Source of the DNA: Dimorphilus gyrociliatus
Taxonomy: Eukaryota; Animalia; Annelida
DNA length: 63,603 nt
Direction of reading: 5' to 3'
Assembly: GCA_904063045.1 (NCBI GenBank)
Contig: CAJFCJ010000095.1
Coordinates: 42,866-106,468, forward strand
Under the pieces are notes generated by a model that was not told the origin of the DNA, did not search any database, and saw only the letters and a list, made by a program, of their open reading frames with translations. Positions 1 to 12,153 of the stretch are shown here, one piece after another; the stretch's first letter is position 1, and each line of letters starts with the position of its first letter. A program made the translations under genes and the position numbers.

Positions 1-239
1 CATAAGAAGAATTTCCAAATGTTATCCTTCTCAAATTGTGGTTTTAATCACTGTATTCAACACATTTAGTAAATGTTTTAGATAATTCACCATTTTTGAA
101 ACATCTTGATATATCTTCTAATGGATTTGTAGAAAATGATTCCAAAATCTTTGATCAATTAGCCAAAAGCTGTAAAGAATTAATGGCTCTCAATATTGCA
201 AATTGCGGTTTTCAAAATGATACTGTCAAAGATCTATAA
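1..239 (+). pseudogene. 3' fragment of a ribonuclease-inhibitor-type LRR gene, frameshifted near nt 66
   Basis: Manual translation: HKKNFQMLSFSNCGFNHCIQHI, then after a 1-nt shift VNVLDNSPFLKHLDISSNGFVENDSKIFDQLAKSCKELMALNIANCGFQNDTVKDL*. The LxxLxLxxN/C pattern resembles the NLR repeats at 52-56 kb. Confidence 0.7.
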
Positions 240-752
240 ATTTATTATTTACTTTCAGGGAAAATTTTTAAATTCTTTCCCAATGGTTATAAGAAAACAG
301 TTACAATTTTTAACTTTTAATCATAATTCTAACCTCAGACCGAACCCTAACCCTGAACCTTAAAGTTTGTTGTTTTTTTGACTTTTTTCTATCCTATCTC
401 TTCAGTCCAGCACTGGAATTGTAAGAAAGTGTAGCTTCTACTTCCTACTGTAAAATTATTGTTCTCATTTCTGCTTATACTATGCTGTTATATTCAACTT
501 ATGCATGTACTCACTAAAAGCCTACAGAGGAAAATATAATAACATTTGGCCACAAACACAGACCTTGCTTGATCATACTTAAGGTTTTGGCAAGCTATGA
601 TTAATGACTTTCTCAAGTGTTGAATCTTGTTTCTGAGGATTAAAATGAACTTGATGGCTGGATAGGTGTAAAGTGGTAATTGGATTTTCGAGACAAGCCT
701 TCAAGTATATATATCCTTACTGTTTCACTCCAACTGTTTTACCTCAATCTGG

Positions 753-1108
753 AGACTGTTATATTTCAACTTTGTAATCTTTTGACCAAGCGAACCTAAG
801 CTTTGGTAAATGTATAAAAGGAAATACATTTCCCCAGTTTAGCAGTTCAGTTTTCTAACCGTCAGCTAGTTGTTTAAACCAGCTTGTTTAGAACTAGAAG
901 CTCATTTTACTCAATACATATTCTTTGCACGAAATACTCCTGTTTTGTTGTTTCATTTCTACCAAAATTACATTTGTAAGACTATTTGCGGACGAACTTA
1001 AGAGGTTCTATTTGTTTGAGTACTTTGGCAGATTGGTAAATGATTGGAAAGGATGATTACAGTTGTGACGAACCAGAAATTCCTACAATTACAATACAAA
1101 GAAGTACA
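753..1108 (+). mobile_element. Partial or solo LTR related to the env-bearing gypsy element
   Basis: 844-1108 is the diverged reverse complement of about 29246-29511 and ends in AGTACA. 753-880 also matches the reverse complement of about 13670-13801. Confidence 0.85.
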
Positions 1109-2230
1109 AAATTTGAAAAAATTTCTCTCAAATTATTACAAGGAACAAATAGATTAAATCAATTCTTCAACAAATATAAAAAAGAGCAGACAATGCTTTT
1201 TAATTTTGTAAAATATGTTTTTTTGGAAAAGAAATTGGTTTAGAAACAACATTTTCTATTTCATTTTTAATTTTTTTATTTTTCTTCATTTTTTTCTATA
1301 CATATTTGTGAACATCAACTTTTGCAGTATTTCAACCTTTTTTTTTAATAAATATTAGTTTGCAATTTTAAACAATCATCTCATATCTCTTATTTTTTTT
1401 CTATAAAGCTTGTAAACATCTTCTGACAATGATTTTATTTCAAATTTCATCAAATTCAACCAAGTAATTGCTGACTGATATATTCTTATGACATTATATT
1501 TAAACTCTGCAACAAACCTTAAAATATTCATCACAAAAAAACTAAATTTCTTATTTTAATTATCATAGAGCTTTCAAATTTTTTCACATAAACTAATATT
1601 GATATGCTGACTCCAAATCTTTTTCAGAAGTCAATTATCTAATAGTTTTTGAGCTATGTTCCACTAATGTAAGCCAATATTGGCAAAAGGACAAGGCAGT
1701 ACACTATGAATATCATGATGCGACAAATAAAACAAACCTTACAGAAAACTTCACAAGGTTTATGTTCATTTAATATAGTCTCATTCTGTCAATAATTGTA
1801 CTTCAAATTTCATCAACATCAGTCCAGTTGTTGCTGAGATATGATTTTCTTTGAATGTTATATTTTAACACTGTTAGATGCTAATATACATAATAAAATA
1901 TTCCTCAGAAAAAACTAACCTACCACTGTGTTTGTATATAGGCTATATAATATTTGGTATCCAAACATAACAATATATATATGTAAATATATAATATGTA
2001 AATATTGTCACATATTACTCCATTAGGCCTAATTGGAGAAAAGCAATATCTATTTATATTTTAACAAAAGCAAAATGAAAAAATCTAATATCTGTACCTC
2101 AACCCTCAACTTAGCACCTAGGATGACAACTTGTTTTTTGATTAAACCTCCTAATATTTTCTATTGGGTTATTGATATTTTTACAGGTTACAATATTCAT
2201 TTTTCTCATTTCTTTCACAACAGTTGAAGG

Positions 2231-2735
2231 ATGAATTTGAAATATTATTTGCTTTTGGCTGGTTTCTGCCTAAGTAATTTTTTTTTGTGATCCTTATAAT
2301 GAAGGTACAAATTTAGAAATTATCATTAATGCTGGAAGTGTGGGTGAAATTTGTTTGTAAGAAAAAAAAATTCAACATTATTTTCTTTATAATAATATCA
2401 TTTTACAAACAAATTTTTTATCTATTTCTTAAAGTATTGAACTAACTAATCCTGATATTGCTGCTGTTGGAGACAATCCAGTATCACTTGCTGCGAATGA
2501 AGAGAAAACAGCAACTATATCTTTAATATCTGATGATGTAGCGGAAGGCTCAGAAGAAGTTGTAAAGAAATCTTTGAATTCAGTGATGGGAATTTATCTT
2601 GATATTTTTATTAATGATATTCATAGCTACAAGACACCTAGCAGACTTTTAGGCGATGCTCTAAGTAGATCATATGAATTTTTCAAATCAACTCAAAGTT
2701 CAGAGAGAACTGCACTGAAAGTCAATAAGAAATGA
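2231..2735 (+). CDS. Possible small spliced secreted protein or gene fragment with Calx-beta-like and VWA-like segments
   Basis: ATG at 2231 starts MNLKYYLLLAGFCL (signal-like). GT-AG splicing leads to ELTNPDIAAVGDNPVSLAANEEKTATISLISDDVAEGSEEVV (Calx-beta-like) and LGDALSRSYEFFKSTQSSERTALKV (VWA-helix-like). The exon structure is tentative. Confidence 0.35.
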
Positions 2736-2829
2736 TTTTAATTCGACTCTTTCCAGTGCTAGCATAAATAGAAATTAGAAAAATGTATTTAATGCACTGT
2801 GACCTTGACCTTGCAATGAAGGTGATACT

Positions 2830-4420
2830 ATGTGTATATACTGATCCCACTTTATTCACTCTTCCATAATGCTAAATATGATGAAAACCTCTAGAAAATG
2901 TCAAAGCATTGTAATCCATTGCTGTATTTCTCTGTAGATTGAATGAGTGAAATTCAAATTCCTAAAATGATAAAAACAGATAATTGAGTAGAATGTTTTG
3001 AAAAGAGAAATATAGACAGCATACTATATTTTCTTTGAATATAGTTGGATTAATTGAACACCATTTTTTAGTTCTACTGGCTGGAGCAATGATTCTTAAA
3101 TTTCCCATATTACAATCTATTAATTCCATTTACATAAAACTTGTCTCTCTGGTAGAACCAATGGTTGACAAGAGAATTTAAAATATGGATTGTCAGAAAT
3201 GATATTATAACTTTTTTCATTACAAAGTTAAATTTTAAAGTCCACCACTATATTATAAACCAGTAATAAAGCTCTTTAATAACTGTTCATAATTATATGT
3301 CATTTATCAATTTCTAACTTACAGAATAATAGGCCTATAATGGTCCATATATGTAAATTTACAACTGGATGGCGCTACCCAAAAATTAGAACTTGTAACT
3401 CTCATTTTTCCTATATCTTCTTTTATTCAAGTTAGGCCAATGACTCTGTTTATAATATTGAATAAAGTAGTCCGCATAAATTTTGATACACCCTAAATTT
3501 TAATAGGCCAAATTTAAAAAAACGGTCAAAAATGTTTTTTCCCTCAATAATAGTTTTATTTTGTCTAAATTTCTATAGATAAAGAGTAATATTTATGTAA
3601 TACTGAAAAAATTGAGAAAATGATGATATTTGGGAATATTATTAGCAAAATATTTTTTTGTAATTTTCATCAATTATAAATAGGCCTATGCCTCTTATTA
3701 CATTTGATACCCTACAAGTTTCTATTATAAATGTTGGAATGAATTAGCATTGTACACTGTGGAAAGTTGACTGGTTTACCTGACCAACAATTAACACCTG
3801 AACAAATGTATTTTATAGAAAGACAGCAAAATTTTTGGATTGTTCGTATAGATTTTAGATATATTAATCATATCCATAAAAGCTTTTACAATTTCATGAT
3901 GAGAGACAATTGTATCATGACAAATGAATGTGTTTAATCCAATTAAATAGCTAAAACTTCCACCTTCTATTGAATGAATAAAACAACCTTTTATAATGAA
4001 TGTTTGTAATTGCCTTATTAGATTAAGGTGTAATCTTGAATTGACAATTGAATGAAAATGTGGAAATTTCAATACAATCACGAAAGTTTAGCATTGAAAT
4101 TTTACATAATAAGCCATCATTTCCATCAGGACATTCATCAATTCCATTGCATATTTGATAAATATTCAAAAAAGGTATTTTACTTGAAAATTTTCTAAAA
4201 GTAATCATGAATAGATTGATATGAACTGGTGTATTTTTTTTTTACCACAATCAACTTCACCATCACCCTGTTGACATTGGTTAAATCCATCACAAACTAA
4301 ATCAAGAGAAATGCAATAAGCTTCTCTATAACAAAGATAATGGCCATAAGGACAAGATATTTTTGAGCAATGTTGAAACAATAATCCATTTGATAAATAT
4401 CCTTCAACAAGCTTTACACA
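2830..4420 (-). pseudogene. LDLa-LRR-GPCR (GRL101/relaxin-receptor-like) pseudogene
   Basis: LDLa modules CPYGHYLCYREAYCISLDLVCDGFNQCQQGDGEVDC and QICNGIDECPDGND; LRR-like LQTFIIKGCFIHSIEGGSFSYL; 7TM-like remnants near 2850-3230 (NHWFYQRDKFY, LSVFIILGI*ISL, YSNGLQCF) with many in-frame stops. Confidence 0.65.
3362..3375 (+). promoter_or_regulatory. CTCF-like motif
   Basis: CAACTGGATGGCGC matches 12/14 positions of CCASYAGRKGGCRS and keeps its CpG in CpG-poor DNA. Confidence 0.35.
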
Positions 4421-4512
4421 TTGCCAAGTTGGAAAGAAACTCTTTAGTTTAGGTCTTGGGGTTAGGGTTAGGGTTAATAATAATCTATTCATGATTACTT
4501 TGAGAAAATTTT
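4186..4512. repeat. 31-bp inverted repeat pair (about 4187-4217 and 4482-4512) flanking an LDLa exon
   Basis: AAAATTTTCTAAAAGTAATCATGAATAGATT versus the reverse complement AAAATTTTCTCAAAGTAATCATGAATAGATT (1 mismatch). TTAGGG units lie next to the right arm. Confidence 0.8.
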
Positions 4513-4519
4513 GGGTAGA

Positions 4520-5233
4520 AACCCATTTATTTAACTTTTGAAAAGTAGTGGAAAATGTTTCAAATGTATATTTCGGAAAATGTTTACCTTTTTTAATTAT
4601 TACAGGTAAGAATTTTTCCAGGAATGGGATTACTCTTTAAATAATCATTGGCTTTTTGTATCATATGGGTATAACTGATATATTTTTGGAGAGATAAGAT
4701 AACGTCATCATTCAACATTTTGTTTAGGTTGAACATATAGCCTAGATATTTTAAAAGAAATATTGCATAATTCAAATGATATACAAAAACAAACTGATAA
4801 AATACCTTAAACATTTCAAAACCAAGGTGCTATAATGGACATAATTAACTCCATTTCTGCAACCTCCATATATGTCTATAAAATTTTGTGTCCTTTGAGT
4901 TTTTGTACATATTCCTGTTTTTGAAATATCTCTTACACTACTTCCAAATGTTTCGCATCCTTTCACAACGAAATCAGGATTTTCATTTAACCATTTATTA
5001 GCTTCAATCATCATTTTGCTAATTTTAGAATAGTAAAAAGGGAAATTAATAATTATAGATAAAAAATATTGACAAGAATATAGCAAACCTAAATGGTTGA
5101 AACCTAGCCTTTTTGAAATGACCTTTTTTGTGCAGGACGGTACAATATCAACATATGAAAATTCATTATTCTTGTTATCATTATTATCAGCAGCAACTAA
5201 TTCTCTAAATGATGCAAATCTATACACTACCAT
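4520..5233 (-). CDS. Uncharacterised spliced invertebrate-type protein (possibly degenerate) with a repeated AN-W/Y-L-x-x-NP domain
   Basis: Repeated segments MMIEANKWLNENPDFVVKGCET, MIQKANDYLKSNPIPGKILTC and FETFSTTFQKLNKWVSTQ are separated by intron-like AT-rich stretches. Confidence 0.5.
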
Positions 5234-5299
5234 CCTGTTTTCTCTGTATGACAGTTATATTCTATCTTGTAAAAGAATGAATGTTTTAATATATTGATT

Positions 5300-5319
5300 T
5301 ATATATATATATATATATA
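5300..5319. repeat. (TA)n microsatellite
   Basis: Direct reading. Confidence 0.95.
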
Positions 5320-6379
5320 GGTCACTGGTTGCTCCCTCTAGTTCCCATATGTAAAAAAAAAGAAGAGAGAATGATTCAGATATTCCCTTATTAGTTTTCT
5401 ATTTTTTTAATGGTATATTGCTATTTGAAATATACAGAATTATTGGTGTCATAATAGTTTTTCTAGGCCTAATTTGCAAAATGGAATTTCAGTTATGTCT
5501 GTCCTATTTAAATATTATTTCCTACTTTCTGTAGTGAAAAGTGAAAAATGATAAAATGTGAAACAAAGAGAAATGAATCGAAAATGTTTTCAGGAGATTT
5601 AATAAAATCTGTTGGGTGACACTACTATCAAATAAAGCTAATAAGAAATTTTTGGCTACCAGTTTCGTATATATACACTTTCATTCTCTTCCTTTCTGCT
5701 GAATGTTTTGTGTTTTAATAACTAAACGTTTAAATTGCAATCAAAGATTATTTAAAAGAGCGAAAGGAATTTAGAATAAGATACTAGATGACTGTTGTAC
5801 CCTTTTTCCATCCAATTTTAAAACATATAAAACCAAGTCTAAAACTGAAACAAGATGTTTAGTAAATGCATTTCAGAAGCAAAAATGGACAAAATATTTT
5901 CTGTTCAAAGGTAACATTTTCCAATTGTTTGAACATGCAGTAAACCCATCCCGAAAATGGAAAATCTTCATTTGGAAATAATGAATTGTATCAAAATATT
6001 TATATCAATAGATAAATATAACTTGACTGATTGTGACAATAGAATTAAAGATAAATTTTACAATCAATAAGATTGATGCCTATCTATTTGTACTTTTATG
6101 GTAATGTAAATTGTAGGAGTTTACTAGCTCATCTTAAAGATCAATTTAGTTCTTACTAAATGAAACTCTCCTAAATGAAAACATCCATAAAGTGAAAGAA
6201 AACATCCATAAGCTGGTCACATATTTGATTGAGCAACTTCTGGTAACTCCTTCAGAGTATATTCAATTCAATTTACAATTAGAAACAGTACGATATTCTT
6301 TTTCTTCATCCTGACTAAATCATCTTCATACATTTTTCTTTTACATATAATGTAAACGACAGAAATATTGGAACACCTC

Positions 6380-6510
6380 AAATTTTGATAGTCCATGTCA
6401 TAAAGTCATCAAGTCCACTTAGTGAGAATCTAGCCTCATCTGTAAAAAAAAAAACTTTCGCTAATTTCGATTTTCACTAATCATTTTGAGACAATATTCT
6501 TTCTCCATTT
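6380..6510 (-). mobile_element. Tc1-like transposase remnant, same family as 47513-47956
   Basis: EYCLKMISENRN*RKFFFTDEARFSLSGLDDFMTWT aligns with EYCLKTIAENLDWSRVIFTDKARFSLSGPDDFRTWT. Confidence 0.75.
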
Positions 6511-7090
6511 TCAATCTGTAGAGGTGAGATCTGTTCTTTGCTGATATACTTTAATTAATATAATCAATAAGTAGAAAACTTAACTTAGAAAAGCAAATAA
6601 GTTGTTTGAGGTATCTACCTGAATACCAAAACAAATGTAAACATAGTAGTTAAATATTTATTTTGTATGGCCAAATAAGGAAAAAACTTATGAAAAAATA
6701 TTTACAGTGTCCAGTTTTTCCTGTCATTTACTATATACATTATCAGATTTGTTCCTATTCAATTTTGACTAATCCAATGCAGTAGAGTAATAATTTTTAT
6801 GGACTAGCTCAGTTAAAACATTGATGACAGCATACTTATAACACTCAGTACATATACATTAATTTATTGATTGCCAACTATGAGATAATCACCAGAATGC
6901 CAGTATGTTACAAATAAAATGTTAATTTTTGTCTGTTTTCTTGTATATTTTGATATATAAATGTTAATTGGTTCATTAGAAGAGACTTCAATGCAATGAC
7001 TTTTCTAAATGTTTCTTTTCCCTCTTCTATTTACGTGCAGTGTGCAAATTATAACCATAAATATAACCATGATAAAACCATAAGGTAGCC

Positions 7091-7924
7091 ATGAACAGGT
7101 ATGATATGAATAATTTTTGGGAGCAAGAAAAAAGACATTGGCCACAAAGAGAAAAGAGTTCAACAAAGAGAAAGTTAGTTGGTATATTTTATTTGGCAGC
7201 AGTACTCTTGGGAATAGGTGGACCTAGAGCAGCAATATGCATTATTGCTGTAGCTGGAGCAATTGTAGTATCAACATTTCTGAGAGGACATTATAAAATA
7301 AATGATAGGATTTATATGATTGTGAAATTAATGGCAACAACAGTGGTGTCAATATCCTTAATACTAGGACCTGTAACTATGCCAAAAGTAATAATTGCAG
7401 TAGTTGTATTTATGTTATCCCTAACTATGACAAACTCCAATATTGAGAGAGCTGAAATATTTTCAGGAACAGTAGTTGGATCAGAGATAGCTGCAGTACT
7501 TTTATTTATTCCTGCAAGACATGTTGCAGTAGTTGTTGCAATAGTGGCAGAAGTACTGGCAAAAACCTTATTTCAACAATTCCTGGATCAATACAGAGCT
7601 GTATCTATAGTATCATTAATTGCAGATGCAGCAGAATTATTACCAATATCAACCGAAATATCAGTGGTAGCCACAGGATTGGCAATAATGGCAGCTCTAT
7701 TGGCAGTAAAATCTTCTTCCGAAGAAGGAATATTTGATAATGATGAAACTTTATATCTGGCAATTATCTCAGCAACAGCAGCAACAGCAACAGTGATTTC
7801 AACAGTTGCAGCTGTGTCAACACCACCATCGCAAACGATGATAACAGTAATAATGATGGCAATAATAGGGATCCCTTCAACATTATTACTATTAGGAACT
7901 TTACTTAGTTTAGTAGGACATTAA
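7091..7924 (+). CDS. Intronless, highly hydrophobic multi-pass membrane protein of unknown family (277 aa)
   Basis: ORF track. Many Ala/Val/Ile/Thr-rich hydrophobic segments. Similar sequence continues in frame after the TAA to 8017. Confidence 0.5.
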   Translation: MNRYDMNNFWEQEKRHWPQREKSSTKRKLVGIFYLAAVLLGIGGPRAAICIIAVAGAIVVSTFLRGHYKINDRIYMIVKLMATTVVSISLILGPVTMPKVIIAVVVFMLSLTMTNSNIERAEIFSGTVVGSEIAAVLLFIPARHVAVVVAIVAEVLAKTLFQQFLDQYRAVSIVSLIADAAELLPISTEISVVATGLAIMAALLAVKSSSEEGIFDNDETLYLAIISATAATATVISTVAAVSTPPSQTMITVIMMAIIGIPSTLLLLGTLLSLVGH

Positions 7925-8399
7925 GGAAAGCCAAGACTGCTTATGGTAACAGGAACAGCAGTAGCATCAGCATTAACTATAGAATTTGCAAAAGAACAAA
8001 ATGACCTTGATCAATAAAAAATGTTATATTTTCTACAACTCTGAAGAGTATAAATTGCATGACAATTTGTGCAAAAAAATTAGACTTTTTTTAAAAATTA
8101 TATCTATAATAATAAATTTCCTGTCAACATTAATTCCTTTACATATAAAACTGATATTCTTGGAATTTTGAATATTCAAATCTGGTAAACAAAAATTTTG
8201 AAAATGATTAAATTGTTGATTTTTTAAAGAATATTGCCAATTTTGAATAATATCTGTTTCATTAATAGACAATTTTTTATCAATAATAACAATTGGACTG
8301 ATAAGATTTATCTTAAATTGATCATCAGGCTCCAATTTCAATTGGAAAAATGATAATTTTGATTGTAAAGGAATGCAAGCATAGATAAATTCATGAAAG

Positions 8400-10080
8400 A
8401 AATTATATACAGCACAAAATTGATGATGAGTAGTATTAAGAATAGTAATCTTTCTACCATCTGAAATATGAATTCTAATAGAAAAAAATCAAAAGAAAAA
8501 AAAGAAAAAAAAAAACAACAAACCTTGATCATTTATTTTTAAATTATTAATGACAAATTCATCTAAATTCCTAACAAAAATTTTATCAACATGTATGAAA
8601 TAATTGCAATAAATTGAAAAGTATGATAATGACATTGCACTTGGTTTTCCATAACCAAATTTTATTTGACCAAGAGAGAATTCTAACCAAAAATAGTTCC
8701 ATTTGTGACAATCAATCAATGATTGTGAAATGTTAAACCATTGTGTAAAATTTTGAGCATTAAATATCTTTATAAATGATTTCTCATCAGAAATAGCATT
8801 ATAATCTAATGATAGATCGAAATATGTTTCATTAATATTTAGAAAACGGAACGCTAAGGAGGAACAATCTTTTTGTTGATTTTTTTGTTGACCTTTGACC
8901 TGGAAGGTAATTGTTGTGAAATTCTTCCATAAATATTTTGGTAGGTGATATTCAGTAAAAAAGTGATACTGAACACTATAAATTTTCTGATTGTCTTCTA
9001 ATCATGGAAAGATAGATGGAGGGAATAGAGTAAAATATATACTTGACATTTAAAAGAAGATATTGACCTTTAGCAAAAACATCTATTATCAATAGAGCAT
9101 TCTTGTCATCAGAAACTCCATGCACAATTATCAATTGAATCCAATATTCAATATTAGAATCTCCAGAATACTTGAAACATTTCCTCTCACGAGACTCTGG
9201 AAGTTCAATCCGTTGAGCATGATTAGAACTCCAAACAGCTATTAATGACCTTGTATAAGTATTTGATGGAATGCTATGGAAATGACAAACAAGTTGTTAA
9301 GTTTATTTTTGTAACGTACGCAATTATTGAAAAAGTACTCATTGGCTATACAAAGTAGATGTGGTTTGGCAGGAAAAGTGAATGTTACATTTAAAAATTG
9401 TCTTTGACATGTATAGTGCAGTGCTTCTAGGGAACAGTCCATGTGCCACTTGGTATTGTGAGCACTATCAATTACTGTTGAACAGCTAGTGCCAAATGAT
9501 GTAATGCATGTTGCTCCTAATTCACTATTAGCTATATTTATAAAATGTAAATCTTCATTGGTTGCCTCGTCTGTAAAAAAAAAAGGGAAAGGCAATTGAT
9601 CTGATGAGAAAAAGAACCGTTATATAACAACCAATCTATTACCATCATACACGTATATAAGTATTGATTGAAATCCGGTGTTATGTGATGATGAAGTTGT
9701 ACCGGAAGTTTTAAATTTAACTTTAGAAATGCCAATTCCATCTCCAGGTTTTAAAAGAAAACAAGTTTCGTACAAGTTCAAACGAACGTTAATCTCATCT
9801 AAACTTCTTAATGTCAGGTTTAATGATGTAAGTATTATAGATGGTGTAAAGGGTCTTTGATTTATGCAAATATCAATAATATCGTGTTGTTTCTGAAAGG
9901 TAATTTCAATCCAATGATCATTGCAACCTGAATGTGGGCATGCTACTGCCCATTGAGCCAAATCTTGCCAGACAGGATCAAATACATTTTCACACTTAAA
10001 GTTGTTGCTAAACTCATGTGATGAATGACAACTAGCCCCAAAAGATGTGTTGTCACCTGTTATAACTTTTCCATCTGTTC
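8400..10080 (-). pseudogene. Degenerate multidomain lectin-like gene: galactose-binding/F5-8-type domains plus a Methyltransf_FA-like domain
   Basis: GASCHSSHEFSNNFKCENVFD...WAVAC..CNDHWIEITFQKQHDIIDICINQR; GATCITSFGTSCSTVIDS; SLIDCHKWNYFWLEFSLGQIKFGYGKP. In-frame stops occur around 9000-9245. Confidence 0.55.
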
Positions 10081-11289
10081 AGAATGAAACAATTATTAAC
10101 TAAAGAAAAAACAAACTCAGTTAATATCACTTGATTTTAATCCAATTACAAATTTCAATACGTAAAATATGAAATAATACGGAATCATTATCTTGAACAT
10201 TCAAAAAAGGAATCGAGAAAAAAACTGACATGTCTCTTTTGTATTCATAGTTTGTTTTATAATTTAGGATATTTCAGCTTCTTGTTCTGGTTGAATACTT
10301 GAATACTTGTTTAGCTTTAACCAATTGATTATCATTAATTTTTAATTTGAGTGTTCAATGCAAAAAAACACTATTTTATTTATACAAAGTAGATCAATAA
10401 TTGTATATCATTTCTGTTCAGATCAAATTAACTAGATGAGTCTACTAAACAATCAATTTTTGAAATATTTTTGAAATATTTTAAAACTAATATAAATTAA
10501 TATTTAAAAAGCCAACTGTATATTTTAGAGACAAGCAGTACAATACATATGTTCTTGTGAATAATTTCTATCATATTCTGTCATTAATTAAATAGGAAAG
10601 AATAGTTTACATAATCTATGATTTTTGAATTAAAATTTCATTATCAATTACATTTTCTCATCCTACAAGAAATTGATATAGACAGTCAATAAAAATTTTA
10701 CATGCTCACAATACAAAGAGATGGAATACATTATGTAATAATTTTTCATATTTCCCAGTGCATTGTTTAAATTTAACATTTCAGAAATGAAAATTTATAG
10801 GTGAAAATGTCAATTTTAAATTACTTATATAATAAAAAAGTCACATTTATTTATAATTTCTTGAACTTTCCCAAATGACTCAACTGGTAAAGAAAATTTT
10901 TTGTTTTGTTATTGGTCAGCTGCATTTAGCAGTCAAGTTGCAAATAGCAATATTTCTCTTTAATTTAATAAAATGGGTCACCACGAAAACGTAACGTATA
11001 CATAAGGCCCCCATAAAAGACGAACAACATAGCCAACATCTTTATATATTCTAGAATGGGATCAATGGGGCTGTTTTTTCTGTTGTATTCTTCTAGAATT
11101 ATTAATTGAGAGACTTTTGATTTTCTCAGTAGAGAAGCAAAATCTATATTTCATATATCTATTGTCCTGACCAGTAATAGCAATTACATAGATACTCCTA
11201 AGCCAATTGTAAAAGCATACAAAAATATAACATTCAATAGTTGATTGACACTTGAACAACTTAACTGTAAGCTTCTAAAGCAAATATAA

Positions 11290-11790
11290 CATTTTGGAGC
11301 ATTGGAAATGCTTCACTCTCTTACTGTCTCCTCAACTGCAGAATTGTAAAAGCTTACAATATTTTACCTATAAAAAAACATTGAAGTGCTCTGTAACAGT
11401 TTCCCAAACGGATAATCCTTTCTTCCCGGGCAAAGTGCATCATATTCACGAGAGAAAGAATAACTTGGAAATAGAAATAAGAATAAAATTTAAATTAAAA
11501 GGTGTTCAATCTGATAAAATTACATCAGGAATATGTTTAGCTGAAAATGTCCTCAGTAAAGTTTCCAAATCAAATTCTGATATTCTATCCATTGATAGTT
11601 GTTGTAGCCTTGTTAATACAACAAGACAGCAATGAAATCCTAGTGGAATAGATGGCTTACACTTCACTCTTGACAAAGCTTTCATTCCAGATGATTTTTC
11701 TCATAAATGATATTTACAGAGAAAATGAAAGAATAATTATCTTCTTCATACAAAGTCAAGGAAAATGTTTTTTCTCCTATGTATTTTATT
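11290..11790 (+). mobile_element. Phantom/MULE transposase remnant
   Basis: HIHERKNNLEIEIRIKFKLKGVQSDK...DILSIDSCCSLVNTTRQQ*NPSG...FTLDKAFIPDDF parallels the MULE copies at 24.6-25.9 kb and 26.4-28.2 kb. Confidence 0.7.
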
Positions 11791-12153
11791 ACTAGATCTT
11801 GTAATAAAATCACCTCTTTACTAGGCCTGATTCTATTTATTCTTTATTTTAATCTCTTTAAAATGCTAATGACTTGCGAACTTAGAAATTCTATGTGAAT
11901 AAGCCGTTCACTGTCCCAAAACACACATGCTATCAGTTTGTCTGCAGACTTACCAATCCAAACTTTTTTTGGTTGTGGAGAAAACTTTGTATGATACTCT
12001 AAAGAAGCTGTTTTACTCAATGGTTTATGATAGAATGCCTATGTTTTCAAAAAAAGCTTTTAGTTGCATGTGAATATCATAGGCCTACAATGTACCGTTT
12101 TAAAATTACAGGGAAATGAGTAAAACTTTTCCAGGGTGATTCTAATACATGTA

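Noticed and set aside
1040-1243. Short AT-rich ORFs such as 1040, 2033, 29183, 29994, 40525-40901, 42547, 48023 and 60404
   Set aside because: Low-complexity chance ORFs, or readings through LTR or intergenic DNA, with no recognisable motifs.
4455-4480. TTAGGG runs as a chromosome end or fusion scar
   Set aside because: Only 2-3 units, and they are explained as parts of the MITE family.
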